The position numbers were made by a program, and so were the translations under genes. The notes below the pieces were generated by a model. The model saw nothing but the letters and a program-made list of their open reading frames with translations. It was not told the origin of the DNA and did not search any database. DNA of 56,290 nt from Puniceicoccaceae bacterium. GTDB taxonomy: Bacteria; Verrucomicrobiota; Verrucomicrobiia; Opitutales; Oceanipulchritudinaceae. The stretch lies in contig JBFOMH010000014.1 of the NCBI GenBank assembly GCA_040830765.1, positions 1 through 56,290 of the forward strand. The letters are read 5' to 3'. Shown piece after piece: positions 9,609 through 19,328 of this stretch (positions within the stretch are counted from its first letter, which is position 1; every line of letters starts with the position of its first letter).

Positions 9609-9872
9609 ATGCCCACTGTTGAGCCCATGACTCCACAGGAACAGAATTTTCAGGACTACAAGAAGGCCGAATCCAAAGCCTTGGATATCCTCGCCCAAAT
9701 GAAGGCGGCCAGTCCCAAGAAGGTGGACATCGAATTAGCCTTGCTGACCTCAATATTCGAACTGCACAAGGAGACCCTGCCGGCTCAAACAATCGCCCGT
9801 ATTATCCAAACCCACCTGGAAACGTTGGTTCCTTTTTACGAACAGGCAGCGGGCGCTTCCAGTGAGAACTAG
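9609..9872 (+). CDS. small helical hypothetical protein
   Basis: 87-aa ORF filling the gap between the permease and uppP on the same strand; its stop abuts the next ATG. Start may be 9627. Confidence 0.7.
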   Translation: MPTVEPMTPQEQNFQDYKKAESKALDILAQMKAASPKKVDIELALLTSIFELHKETLPAQTIARIIQTHLETLVPFYEQAAGASSEN

Positions 9873-10883
9873 ATGAAATCAACTTTCCAGAAAAGCCTCT
9901 CAGTGGCTCTTTTTTGTGCGGTCGCACTGGTCCAGTCAGCTGTTGCGGAAAGCGGCGACGTGGATGCTGCGCTTCCCCTGGAGGAAGAGGCTGCTGAGCA
10001 ACTGGGGACCCTGGATGCGGTCATTCTTGGCCTTGTCGAGGGCATCACGGAATATCTGCCCATATCCTCCACAGGGCACCTTCTCCTGACGAATTCCCTT
10101 CTCGGCCTGGATTCGACCGAACCATTGCGGGGCCCCGACGGGAGCCTACTGCTGACGCCAGATGGAGAACCGGTAACCCTCAAGGCTGCCGCTGATGCCT
10201 ATGCCATTGTCATCCAAGCCGGGGCCATCCTTGCAGTCCTGTTCCTCTACTGGCCGCGCGTCTGGCAAATCATTCTGGGCGTATTGGGTCTGAGCCCGAA
10301 CGGCCGGCGTCTGGCCCGCAACCTTGTTGTTGCTTTTCTGCCAGCTGCTGTTCTGGGGATTCTGCTCGACGACTGGATCGAATCGATGCTTTTCTCCCCC
10401 TTGCCGATCGCCATTGCCCTGGCCGCGGGTGGTGTGCTGATGCTGGGAGTGGAGGCCTGGCGCAAACACCAGTTGCCAGACGCTGACAATGTCCTCGATC
10501 TCCATTCACTGAGCATCCGCCAGTCCCTGTTCATCGGATTCATGCAATGCATCGCCATGTGGCCGGGAACAAGCCGCTCCATGATGACCATTGTCGGCGG
10601 CTACATGACCGGCTTGAGCCCCACCAAGGCAGCGGAGTTCAGTTTCCTGCTGGGCCTCATCACCTTGTCCGCCGCCGCTGGGTACAAGGGCATCAGCAGT
10701 GGACCGGAACTCTTCCTGGCTATTGAGCTTGGGCCATTGGTCATTGGCATCGCCGTGGCCTTTGTCTCCGCAGCCTTCGCCGTCAAATGGCTCGTTGCCT
10801 ACCTGACCCGTCACGGACTGGCACTGTTTGCCTGGTATCGGTTTGCCCTGGCCGCCCTCGTTATTATCTTCCTCGTCCGATAG
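9873..10883 (+). CDS. uppP: undecaprenyl-diphosphate phosphatase (BacA family) with N-terminal extension
   Basis: GLVEGITEYLPISSTGHL, IQAGAILAV, PGTSRS, AAEFSFLL, FAWYR. Confidence 0.94.
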   Translation: MKSTFQKSLSVALFCAVALVQSAVAESGDVDAALPLEEEAAEQLGTLDAVILGLVEGITEYLPISSTGHLLLTNSLLGLDSTEPLRGPDGSLLLTPDGEPVTLKAAADAYAIVIQAGAILAVLFLYWPRVWQIILGVLGLSPNGRRLARNLVVAFLPAAVLGILLDDWIESMLFSPLPIAIALAAGGVLMLGVEAWRKHQLPDADNVLDLHSLSIRQSLFIGFMQCIAMWPGTSRSMMTIVGGYMTGLSPTKAAEFSFLLGLITLSAAAGYKGISSGPELFLAIELGPLVIGIAVAFVSAAFAVKWLVAYLTRHGLALFAWYRFALAALVIIFLVR

Positions 10884-10892
10884 CAATCCACC

Positions 10893-11528
10893 ATGGACAT
10901 CGCCCATCTCAGAGAAGACTACCGCCGCGAGGCCTTGAACCGGGAAACCCTCAAGGCTGATCCCATGGACCAGTTCCGTTTCTGGTTTGAACAAGCCCGG
11001 ACCGCGGAGGTTAAGGAACCCAACGCGATGGTCCTGGCCACCGTCGATCCTTCCGGCCAACCTTTCACCCGGACGGTCCTGCTAAAGCAGATGAATGCTG
11101 CGGGCCTTGTCTTCTACACCAATTACGAAAGCCGCAAGGCCCGGCACCTTGCGGAAAACAACAAGGTATCGGCAACCTTCCTCTGGCTGGATCTTGAGCG
11201 GCAAGTCACGGTCAAAGGTACTACGGAAAAGGTCTCCACAGCGGATTCGCTGGCTTACTTTGTCAGCCGCCCTTTGGGAAGTCGCCTCGGGGCATGGTCA
11301 TCCGACCAATCCTCCATCATCAAGTCGCGCTCCCTGCTGGAGGCCAAGCTGGAGGAGATGAAACAGAAATTCTCCGACGGTAAAATCCCGCTGCCTTCCT
11401 TCTGGGGCGGCTACCGCATCATCCCCAACACCTGGGAATTCTGGCAGGGCCGCCAGAATCGCATGCATGACCGATTCCTCTACTCCGCCGCTGGAGACAG
11501 TTGGGAAATCGAGCGCCTGCAACCCTGA
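10893..11528 (+). CDS. pdxH: pyridoxamine 5'-phosphate oxidase
   Basis: EPNAMVLAT, RTVLLK, FYTNYESRK, WGGYR, EFWQGRQNRMHDR, RLQP. Confidence 0.97.
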   Translation: MDIAHLREDYRREALNRETLKADPMDQFRFWFEQARTAEVKEPNAMVLATVDPSGQPFTRTVLLKQMNAAGLVFYTNYESRKARHLAENNKVSATFLWLDLERQVTVKGTTEKVSTADSLAYFVSRPLGSRLGAWSSDQSSIIKSRSLLEAKLEEMKQKFSDGKIPLPSFWGGYRIIPNTWEFWQGRQNRMHDRFLYSAAGDSWEIERLQP

Positions 11529-11529
11529 G

Positions 11530-12645
11530 CTAGCGGGCGTAGCCAAAGTCCCAGACCGCGCGCAGGACTTCCTCCCGTTCCTCGGGGGTCATTTCCGGGA
11601 AACAGGGAATGCTGACCACCTCATTGGCCAGGACCTGCGTCACCTTGAGCGTCTCGCCTCCCTTGCCCACTCCGGCAAAGCACTCCTGCTCGTGCAGGCC
11701 GAGCGGGTAATAGACTTCATTGCCGATTCCCCGCGCGGAAAGGTGTTCGCGGAAAGCGTCCCGTTTTCCCTCAGTGATCCGCAAGGTATACTGGTTCCAA
11801 ACGGATCCGGCTTCCGGAATGACGGTAGGGCAAACGACTCCGCTGTGCCCCTTCAGGTTCTCGGTATAAAATTCAGCATGCTCCGTCCGGGCGGCATGGT
11901 AGTCATCCAGATGGGGCAACTTGATGCGCAACAGGGCGGCCTGGATGGAATCCAAGCGGAAATTTCCCCCGATGTACTTGTGATAATACTTCGGATTCAT
12001 GCCATGGTTGCGCAACCAGACTGCCTTGTCCGCCAGTTCACCATCATTGGTCACCAGCATGCCACCATCACCAAATCCACCCAGGTTCTTGGTTGGATAA
12101 AAACTGAGGGCACCGAAATCGCCGAAACTACCAACCTTCTTCCCCTTGTAGGTCGCCCCGATGGCCTGGGCCACATCTTCGAGGACCAGCAGCCCGTACT
12201 TTTCAGCGAAGACCCCGACGCATTCCATCTCTGCTGCCTGGCCGAAAAGGTGGACCGGGATTATTGCCTTGGTCCGGTCCGTGACCTTGTCAATGGCATC
12301 AGCCAAATCAATGTTGTAGGTGTCGGGCAGGACATCTACCCAGACCGGGACCGCCCCTAACCGGGCGATACTTCCAGCCGTCCCGAAGAAAGTGAAGGAC
12401 GGGCACAGTACCTCGTCACCCGGGCCAATGCCCATCGCCATCAGGGCCACCAAAAGCGCGTCCGTTCCAGAACTGAGTCCGATGGCATGGCTGCATTCGC
12501 AGTAGGAGGCAACTTCGGCCTCCAGTTCCTTGACGTCCGGCCCGAGGACAAAACCGTTGCTGGCAAGGACTCGGGAAAAAGCCTCCTTGAAGGCATCTTC
12601 GAGCGGGGCGTGCTGGCGGGACAGGTCGAGCAATGGAACTGGCAT
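11530..12645 (-). CDS. DegT/DnrJ/EryC1/StrS-family PLP-dependent aminotransferase
   Basis: SGTDAL, PSFTF, PVHLFGQ, EDVAQA, SFYPTKNLGGFGDGG. Start at MPVPLLDL (ATG 12645). Confidence 0.93.
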   Translation of the reverse strand: MPVPLLDLSRQHAPLEDAFKEAFSRVLASNGFVLGPDVKELEAEVASYCECSHAIGLSSGTDALLVALMAMGIGPGDEVLCPSFTFFGTAGSIARLGAVPVWVDVLPDTYNIDLADAIDKVTDRTKAIIPVHLFGQAAEMECVGVFAEKYGLLVLEDVAQAIGATYKGKKVGSFGDFGALSFYPTKNLGGFGDGGMLVTNDGELADKAVWLRNHGMNPKYYHKYIGGNFRLDSIQAALLRIKLPHLDDYHAARTEHAEFYTENLKGHSGVVCPTVIPEAGSVWNQYTLRITEGKRDAFREHLSARGIGNEVYYPLGLHEQECFAGVGKGGETLKVTQVLANEVVSIPCFPEMTPEEREEVLRAVWDFGYAR

Positions 12646-12779
12646 GCTTTCCTTAATGAAGCAAGCGGGGGGATTTTCAACAACAACTGTCAGCGACCGG
12701 AATCGAGGGAGGTGAAACTTGCGCCTGTTCGCAATTCGGCTATCCCTTGTGTGTGGCCACATTTCCACCCAACCATCCT

Positions 12780-13745
12780 TTGGCCCTTGATTACCGTCCT
12801 TATCGGCGGCCGTTCGCCCGCCCCCTCAAGGCGGCCTGGGGTATGTGGGAAGTCCGGAAAGGCATCCTACTCCGCTTGCGGGACAAGGAAAACGGGACTA
12901 CCACATTCGGGGAAGTTGCCCCATTGCCGGCCTTTGGTTCCGAGGGAATGGCAGAGGCCCTCGCATTTTTCCAAGGCCTGCCTGCCTCTCCCACAGCTGG
13001 TCAATTGGAGGATGCCATCATGACGGCTCCACCCGCTTCAGCCTTTGGCTTATGGTGTGCACTTTCCGGATCTTCGAGGGCAGGATCCATCCGCAGCGCG
13101 GCCCTGTCGTCCCTGGGTGAGCAAACCGCGGAGGAGCTACAGTCACTGCGCAAAATGGGCTATCGGACCTTCAAACTGAAATCCGGACTGGCGCCCATGG
13201 AAGAGGAATGGGAATTCCTGCAATCAGCCATTGCCAGCTTGAAAGACGGAGAACTGATCCGTCTCGATCCGAATCAGTCATGGAATCAGGAGTCGCAGCA
13301 ATTCTGGATTTCCAGGTTGGCCACAGTAGCTCAAAAAATCGAGTTCATCGAGGAGCCTTTTCAAGAGGAACTGTACTCCGTTGACGAGATGGTTTCCGAG
13401 GCAGTTAACAGCCCGGTACCCTTCGCCCTTGATGAATCACTGTCGCGCATGGGCCTGGCTGAGTGGCTCGACCGCGGCTGGCCCGGATTCTGGATTATTA
13501 AGCCCTCTCTCCTCGGAAACCCGGAACATTGGCAGGTGGCGCTGGGAACCGTCCGCGAGCGGGTCATTCTTTCCTCTGTTTTTGAAACCGGCATCGGCCT
13601 CGGCAAGCTGGCCGCTTTGGCCACCAGCATCAACGATCGGGACCACGGTTTCGGGACAGAGGCTTTTTTTGAGGACACCTTCGGGTTCGGAAAACCGGAG
13701 CACGAACAGGAAACCAGGATATGGAATCACTTGCCAAGCGCCTGA
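12780..13745 (+). CDS. menC: o-succinylbenzoate synthase (enolase superfamily)
   Basis: GEVAPLP.FG.E, TFKLK, RLDPN, EFIEEP, ALDES, IIKP, SSVFETGIG; lies next to a MenE-like ligase. Start uncertain (TTG 12780 or 12747). Confidence 0.82.
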   Translation: MALDYRPYRRPFARPLKAAWGMWEVRKGILLRLRDKENGTTTFGEVAPLPAFGSEGMAEALAFFQGLPASPTAGQLEDAIMTAPPASAFGLWCALSGSSRAGSIRSAALSSLGEQTAEELQSLRKMGYRTFKLKSGLAPMEEEWEFLQSAIASLKDGELIRLDPNQSWNQESQQFWISRLATVAQKIEFIEEPFQEELYSVDEMVSEAVNSPVPFALDESLSRMGLAEWLDRGWPGFWIIKPSLLGNPEHWQVALGTVRERVILSSVFETGIGLGKLAALATSINDRDHGFGTEAFFEDTFGFGKPEHEQETRIWNHLPSA

Positions 13746-14920
13746 GACAAGCCCTCCCCGGCAACCTCCCCAAGCCGGACAAGGAAACGGGAATGGCTTG
13801 CATCTCCCATTCTGATCCCCTGCGTTTCTGGTCGCATCTTCTTGATGCAATGGAATCGGAGCGATCCTCAGCCCTCTTGAATCCGCAATGGCCGGAAACC
13901 TGGCGCCAACAGCTTGGCCGGCTCGCAAGCGACCTGCCACCCGGCGAAATACCACTTCTCTTGATCCCAACCAGCGGCAGCAGTCGACTCCCAAAATTTT
14001 GTATCCATGATTCAGATACGTTAACCTGTGCCGCCATTGGTTATGCCCAGAGGTTTGGAACAGAGGGCATTATCCACTCTGTCAACATCCTCCCGCAGCA
14101 TCATGTCGGGGGCCTGATGCCCGTCTTCCGCTCGGCCGAATGCGAAGGTAATGTCCATTTTGCTGACTACCAGGATGCGAAGTCCATCCGGGAAGCGCCG
14201 TTTCCTCTGGGTCAAGCGAGCTTGTCGGTTGTCCCGACCCAAATGGGCCGGATGCGTAAGGATGAGGAACTGGTTCGCCTCCTCAGGTCCTTCGGCCTTA
14301 TCCTCGTCGGCGGAGCGGCTTGCCCTCCGGATATTCTGGATTGGGCCCGCAGCGAGGGCCTTCGCCTTGCACCCTGTTACGGCTCCACCGAGACGGCTGC
14401 CATGGTCACCGTCATGGATCCGGAGGCCTTTGCTTCAGGGAAGTCCGGCGTCGGGACGCCTCTTCCCCATGCAAAGGTTCAAGTTGATGTAGCGGAGCGT
14501 GTTCTTGTCGAATCGGGCGCTTGCCTGCGGCAGTACCATCCAGCCCGGGAAGGATTTATCCGGGAGCCATGGGCCACGGGCGACCTCGGCCATATGGACG
14601 AAGGTGGCCATCTGCACATTTATGGTCGGGCCGACCGGGTCATCATCAGTGGAGGGGAAAACGTCCATCCGGAATTGGTCGAGGCGGCGGCACTGGCCAC
14701 CGGCCTGGTGAAGGCTGCCCGATGTATTGGCGTTTCCGATGCGGACTGGGGAAAACGAGTGGAGTTGACTGCTGTGGCCGCAGGCCCGGACTTGAAAGAA
14801 GAATCCCTGCGGCAGCGCTTGTCGGAACAACTGCCTCCCTATGCCCTGCCGAAGGTCATCCACTTCACGGATGAAATTTCCTCAAACGCCATGGGCAAAA
14901 TGACGGATTCTTCCGATTAA
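13721..14920 (+). CDS. menE: o-succinylbenzoate-CoA ligase-like AMP-binding enzyme
   Basis: [44 protein letters not shown]; overlaps menC. Confidence 0.8.
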   Translation: MESLAKRLRQALPGNLPKPDKETGMACISHSDPLRFWSHLLDAMESERSSALLNPQWPETWRQQLGRLASDLPPGEIPLLLIPTSGSSRLPKFCIHDSDTLTCAAIGYAQRFGTEGIIHSVNILPQHHVGGLMPVFRSAECEGNVHFADYQDAKSIREAPFPLGQASLSVVPTQMGRMRKDEELVRLLRSFGLILVGGAACPPDILDWARSEGLRLAPCYGSTETAAMVTVMDPEAFASGKSGVGTPLPHAKVQVDVAERVLVESGACLRQYHPAREGFIREPWATGDLGHMDEGGHLHIYGRADRVIISGGENVHPELVEAAALATGLVKAARCIGVSDADWGKRVELTAVAAGPDLKEESLRQRLSEQLPPYALPKVIHFTDEISSNAMGKMTDSSD

Positions 14921-14967
14921 GACACTTTCTGCTTGATTCCACTGTTTCCGCTCCTTTCAAGTGGACA

Positions 14968-16545
14968 ATGGCGCAGCAATCTCAACCCAACGAAACGGAC
15001 CTGCTCTTCTACAAGGACGCTGACACGTTCTTCCGCGACAACGCGACCATTGGCCTGACCTACGATGACATTACCCTGGCCACGCGCTACAGTGAAGTCC
15101 TGCCTCGCCTGACACGGGTGGAGTCTTCCCTCTCCGACAGCCTCGCCCTCAACATTCCCCTGATTTCGTCGGACATGGACACCGTCACCGAGGCGGAGAT
15201 GGCCGCCGGGATGGCCCGGAATGGCGGCATTGGCATTATCCACTACAACATGACCGAGAAGCGCCAGGTGCGGGAAGTGGCCAAGGTCAAGAACGATGTC
15301 CACGGCCTGATTCAGGACCCGATTGCGGTCAGTCCGGAAAGCTATATTGCCGATGTCCTGGAAATGATCGAGCTGCGGGGATTCAAGTTCCACACCTTTC
15401 CGGTGGTTGATATCAAGAACCGCTTTCTCGGCCTGTTGCGTGGCCGGGTTGTCAAGAACCGCTACCGCGATGTCAAGGTCTGCGACGCCATGACCCCGCT
15501 GGAAACCGTCTTTACCATCAATGAACGGGAAATAGCCGATGACCCCATCGGTGTGGCCGACCAGTTTTTCAACGACCACATGGGCATCCACAAGCTCATC
15601 GTCCTCGATGATGACGGCCACTTGACCGGTCTCTTTACGATGTCGGACATTGAACGCATCCGGGAGGAGGAGATTGCCGAGGTACGTCCCGCCCGTGACG
15701 CGGAATTCCGCCTCATCTGCGGGGCTGCCATATCCGCTACCCGCACCAAGGCGGGCGAACTGGACCGGGACCGCATCCTCGCCCATGCAGGGGCCCTGGT
15801 TGATGAAGGCGTGGACGCCCTTGCCGTTTCCACCGCCCATGGCCACTCAGCTGGTGTTGGCGACATGGTCAAGCTGCTGCGGGGGGCATTCAAGGACCTG
15901 ACCATTATCGCCGGGAACGTCACCAGCGCAGAAGGAGTTGAATACCTCGCCGATTGCGGGGCCGACTCCATCAAGGTTGGCCAGGGGCCCGGTTCCATCT
16001 GTACCACTCGAATCGTTGCCGGCGTTGGCATACCACAGTTGACCGCGCTCTACATTTGCGGCAAGGCAGCGGAGAAAAAAGGCGTCCGCATCATTGCGGA
16101 TGGAGGAGTGACGAAAAGCGGGGACATCGTCAAGGCACTGACTCTGTCACATGCTGTTATGTCCGGCGGATTATATGCCGGTTGCCGGGAAGCACCCGGA
16201 ACCCTGATGGAAATCAATGGTAAAATGTACAAGCAGTACCGTGGCATGGGAAGCCACGGAGCCATGAAGTCCGGCTCGGCAGCCCGCTATGGGCACGAAC
16301 AGGGTGACAAGAAGACGAGCAAGGTTGCCGCTGAAGGTGTCGAGGCCCTGAAGGAAGTATCCGGCAACCTCGACGATACCCTGCGGGAGCTCGTCGGGGG
16401 CCTCCAGAGTGGAATGGGATACCTTGGGGCCAAGGACTTGACGGAGCTTCGGGAAAGGGCCCGATACATCCGGGTATCGCCCGCCGGTCAACGGGAGTCG
16501 GCTCCACACGATATCGTCGAGGTCAAGACGACCAAGGAGAACTAG
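14968..16545 (+). CDS. guaB: IMP dehydrogenase with CBS domains
   Basis: [49 protein letters not shown]. Confidence 0.96.
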   Translation: MAQQSQPNETDLLFYKDADTFFRDNATIGLTYDDITLATRYSEVLPRLTRVESSLSDSLALNIPLISSDMDTVTEAEMAAGMARNGGIGIIHYNMTEKRQVREVAKVKNDVHGLIQDPIAVSPESYIADVLEMIELRGFKFHTFPVVDIKNRFLGLLRGRVVKNRYRDVKVCDAMTPLETVFTINEREIADDPIGVADQFFNDHMGIHKLIVLDDDGHLTGLFTMSDIERIREEEIAEVRPARDAEFRLICGAAISATRTKAGELDRDRILAHAGALVDEGVDALAVSTAHGHSAGVGDMVKLLRGAFKDLTIIAGNVTSAEGVEYLADCGADSIKVGQGPGSICTTRIVAGVGIPQLTALYICGKAAEKKGVRIIADGGVTKSGDIVKALTLSHAVMSGGLYAGCREAPGTLMEINGKMYKQYRGMGSHGAMKSGSAARYGHEQGDKKTSKVAAEGVEALKEVSGNLDDTLRELVGGLQSGMGYLGAKDLTELRERARYIRVSPAGQRESAPHDIVEVKTTKEN

Positions 16546-16631
16546 GTCGTAAGTCGTAGGTCATAGGTCGTAGGTCCGTATGGCGGCAAGCCCTCTTGGG
16601 TAACCTGAACCTACGACCTATGACCTACGAC
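16543..16631. repeat. heptamer tandem array (TAGGTCG-like x5) forming a 23-bp perfect inverted repeat
   Basis: Units at 16543-16577. Arm 16553-16575 (gtcgtaggtcataggtcgtaggt) is the exact reverse complement of 16609-16631, with a 33-nt spacer. Confidence 0.92.
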
Positions 16632-16682
16632 CAAATGCCTTCTTCCCTTTACTTTGGTCAAAAATGAGGCACTTTTTCCGAT

Positions 16683-17579
16683 ATGAGAGTAATCCGGGCA
16701 CAGAGTGCAGGCTTTTGCTGGGGCGTTGAACGGGCCATCGACATTGCCCGCGATTTTGCCAAGACCGGTCACCATCCGGTATATACCGACGGGCCACTCA
16801 TTCACAACAGCCAGATGATGGACCGGTTGCAGAATGAGGGCATCCGCGAGGTAGGCAATTACCAGAGCTCCAGCAAACTGGCCCTGGATGGCAGTGAGGA
16901 AGAGAATGCTGTCCTTGTAGTCCGTGCACATGGCATCTCTCCGGAACGGCGGCAGTATTTGAAAAGCCTTGGTATCCAGTTCAAGGATGCGACCTGCCCG
17001 GATGTTGGCATTGTTGCCGGCAAGATTCGCATGCATGCCAAAAAGGGCTACACCACGGTGATTTTCGGTGACAAGAACCACCCCGAGGTCATCGGCCTGA
17101 TGGGCTACACGGAGGGCAAAGGGCATGTTGTCCATTCCGTGGAGGATATTGATGCCCTGCCCGAATTGGGAGAGAAGGTAGTCATGGTCTCCCAAACGAC
17201 CATGTTCACCGATGATTTCGAAAACCTGGCCGCTCACCTTCGCAAACAGTATCCCAGCCTGCTTATCTTTGACACGATTTGCGGTGCCACCAAGGACCGC
17301 CAGGGGGATATTGCGGTACTCTTTGACCAAGGCGTCGAGGCCTTTGTGGTTATCGGGGGGCACCACTCAGCCAATACCTGCAAACTTGCCCTGCTGGCTC
17401 GAAAGACAAAACTTCCCACCTACCACATCGAAACCGTCAAGGAAATCAATGCTGAGGAGATGAGCCAGTACCGCACAATCGGCGTTACTGCAGGAGCCTC
17501 GACCCCCGAGTTCCTCATTACGCAGGTATGCGATCACCTCGCTTCGATTGATCACCAACAGGCAACTGCCGGCTCCTAG
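16683..17579 (+). CDS. ispH: 4-hydroxy-3-methylbut-2-enyl diphosphate reductase
   Basis: GFCWGVERA, LIHN, AHG, DATCP, HPEV, QTT, TICGAT..RQ, SAN, TAGASTP. Confidence 0.96.
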   Translation: MRVIRAQSAGFCWGVERAIDIARDFAKTGHHPVYTDGPLIHNSQMMDRLQNEGIREVGNYQSSSKLALDGSEEENAVLVVRAHGISPERRQYLKSLGIQFKDATCPDVGIVAGKIRMHAKKGYTTVIFGDKNHPEVIGLMGYTEGKGHVVHSVEDIDALPELGEKVVMVSQTTMFTDDFENLAAHLRKQYPSLLIFDTICGATKDRQGDIAVLFDQGVEAFVVIGGHHSANTCKLALLARKTKLPTYHIETVKEINAEEMSQYRTIGVTAGASTPEFLITQVCDHLASIDHQQATAGS

Positions 17580-18181
17580 GAACCTTGTTTCTGCAGGAAA
17601 CTGCCCCATGCTTCAGTAGCGCGGGCACGGTGAGAGAGGCTGCTTTTGATGGCACTGCCAAGATCGGCGAATGTCTGGTCGAAGCCCACGGGCCGAAACA
17701 GGGGATCGTAACCGAAACCAAGTTTTCCGGAAGGCGCCATCATGATGTGTCCCTCGCAAGTCCCCTCGAATAGGTTTTCAGCACCCTCCGAGTTGGCGAA
17801 ACAAAGGACGCAAGAAAACCGCGCCGTCCTTTCAGGAATCTCAATCCCCCTCAGGGCCTTAATCAGCTTGATGTTGTTGGCCACCGCATTTCCGCCAAGC
17901 CCGGCATAACGTGCCGAGTGCACCCCGGGGGCTCCGTCAAGGGCATCGACTTCCAATCCGCTGTCATCCGCCAATGCCCATGAACCCGGCGGAATTCTGC
18001 CTATGAGTGCCCGGGCCTTGATACAGGCATTCTCCTCAAAGGTGGTGCCAGACTCCTCCACATCGGGCATACCACCGGCATCGACAGCTCTTTTCAGGTT
18101 AACCGGAATCTGGAGCTTCTCGACCAGTTGCTGGAATTCCTCGAACTTGTATTCATTTCCACTGGCTAGATACACATCCAT
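17576..18181 (-). CDS. rdgB: non-canonical purine NTP pyrophosphatase (Ham1 family)
   Basis: LASGN..K..E, E.G.TFEENA..KA, ADDSGLEVDALDGAPGVHSARY, GFGYDPLF, SHR. Convergent with ispH, sharing CTAG. Confidence 0.94.
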   Translation of the reverse strand: MDVYLASGNEYKFEEFQQLVEKLQIPVNLKRAVDAGGMPDVEESGTTFEENACIKARALIGRIPPGSWALADDSGLEVDALDGAPGVHSARYAGLGGNAVANNIKLIKALRGIEIPERTARFSCVLCFANSEGAENLFEGTCEGHIMMAPSGKLGFGYDPLFRPVGFDQTFADLGSAIKSSLSHRARATEAWGSFLQKQGS

Positions 18182-18194
18182 CAATGATAAGTGC

Positions 18195-19328
18195 TTACTG
18201 GCTTCCCGTCTCCGGGTAAACAATAAAACCACGCATCAGCTGGTCATCGGCAAAGGTGGCATGACGAACATCCTTTAGGGAAATGGCATCCTTGATACTG
18301 ACGGGTTCCTGCCCCATGAATGGAGACAGACCGCTGGTGTCAGCGAGGATTCGCGGCCCCCGGTAGGCATAAAGGTAGTGAAGTTTCCGATACTTGATAA
18401 AGGAGCTGATCAGGCTTGCCCCTCCTTCTATAAAGACACCACCGATCCCTTCTTCCTCACAAAAGCGACAAAAGCCCTCCAATCCACTCTCGTCGATTTC
18501 ATCCCCTGCCTGGAAGAAACGGATGCCATAGGCGTCCTCCAGCGCCCGGACTTTTTCCTTATGGTTCGAGCTGGTGACAACGATTGTCCGGTCCTTCCAT
18601 TGGTCGGTGTAGACCTGGTAGGCTGTTTCCTTGAAGGTGATTAGGTTACGGTCGAAGATAAAACGGATGGGACACCAAATCTCCTCTCCTTCAATCCGGG
18701 CGGTGAGGGAAGGATTGTCTGCAAGGATAGTTCCGGCACCGACGGCAATAGCCGGAAAGTATCGACGCCAGTGATGCACATCAGCCCGGGCTTCCGGGCC
18801 GGTTATCCATTTGGACAATCCCCCACGGGTGGCAATGCGGCCATCAATGGTGGTGGCAACCTTGCCCGCCATGAAAGTCGACCGCGAGGTCATCTGCCAG
18901 TTGAAGATGAGGTTCAGGTCGATACACTCTCTTTCAAGGACTCCATCCGTCACCTCAATACCTGCCTCACGGAGAACCTCCAATCCCCTGCCTGAATGAT
19001 CAGGATTGGGATCAATGGAACCGACGACGACCTGACGGATTCCCGAATTGATGATGGCCTCTGTGCAGGGACCTGTTCGCCCGGCAGTACTGCACGGCTC
19101 GAGGGTAACAACAAGGGTGGTCCCGTCCCCGGGCTGGAGACCCTTGGCGGTGAATTCCTGCAAGGCCTCGATCTCTGCGTGATTGCCGCCCACTGCTTGA
19201 GTGTGGCCGCGCGCGACGATTTGCCTATCGTGGACAATGACGGCTCCAACTGCCGGATTGGGGTGAGTCCTGCCGATGGCCGCGCGAGCCTCTGCAATGG
19301 CCGCCTGCATGTAGGTTTCAACAGACAT
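18195..19328 (-). CDS. ribD: bifunctional riboflavin deaminase/reductase
   Basis: PNPAVG, HAE, TLEPC...GRT.PC, DPNP, DG.IA....SKWIT, IEGG. Confidence 0.95.
   Translation of the reverse strand: MSVETYMQAAIAEARAAIGRTHPNPAVGAVIVHDRQIVARGHTQAVGGNHAEIEALQEFTAKGLQPGDGTTLVVTLEPCSTAGRTGPCTEAIINSGIRQVVVGSIDPNPDHSGRGLEVLREAGIEVTDGVLERECIDLNLIFNWQMTSRSTFMAGKVATTIDGRIATRGGLSKWITGPEARADVHHWRRYFPAIAVGAGTILADNPSLTARIEGEEIWCPIRFIFDRNLITFKETAYQVYTDQWKDRTIVVTSSNHKEKVRALEDAYGIRFFQAGDEIDESGLEGFCRFCEEEGIGGVFIEGGASLISSFIKYRKLHYLYAYRGPRILADTSGLSPFMGQEPVSIKDAISLKDVRHATFADDQLMRGFIVYPETGSQ

Noticed and set aside
11467..12360. 297-aa plus-strand ORF opposite the DegT gene
   Set aside because: Antisense shadow; the minus strand carries all the aminotransferase motifs.
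16543..16631. CRISPR-like or classic terminator reading of the repeat
   Set aside because: Units are 7 nt with no unique spacers, no cas genes are present, and no U-tract follows the stem.
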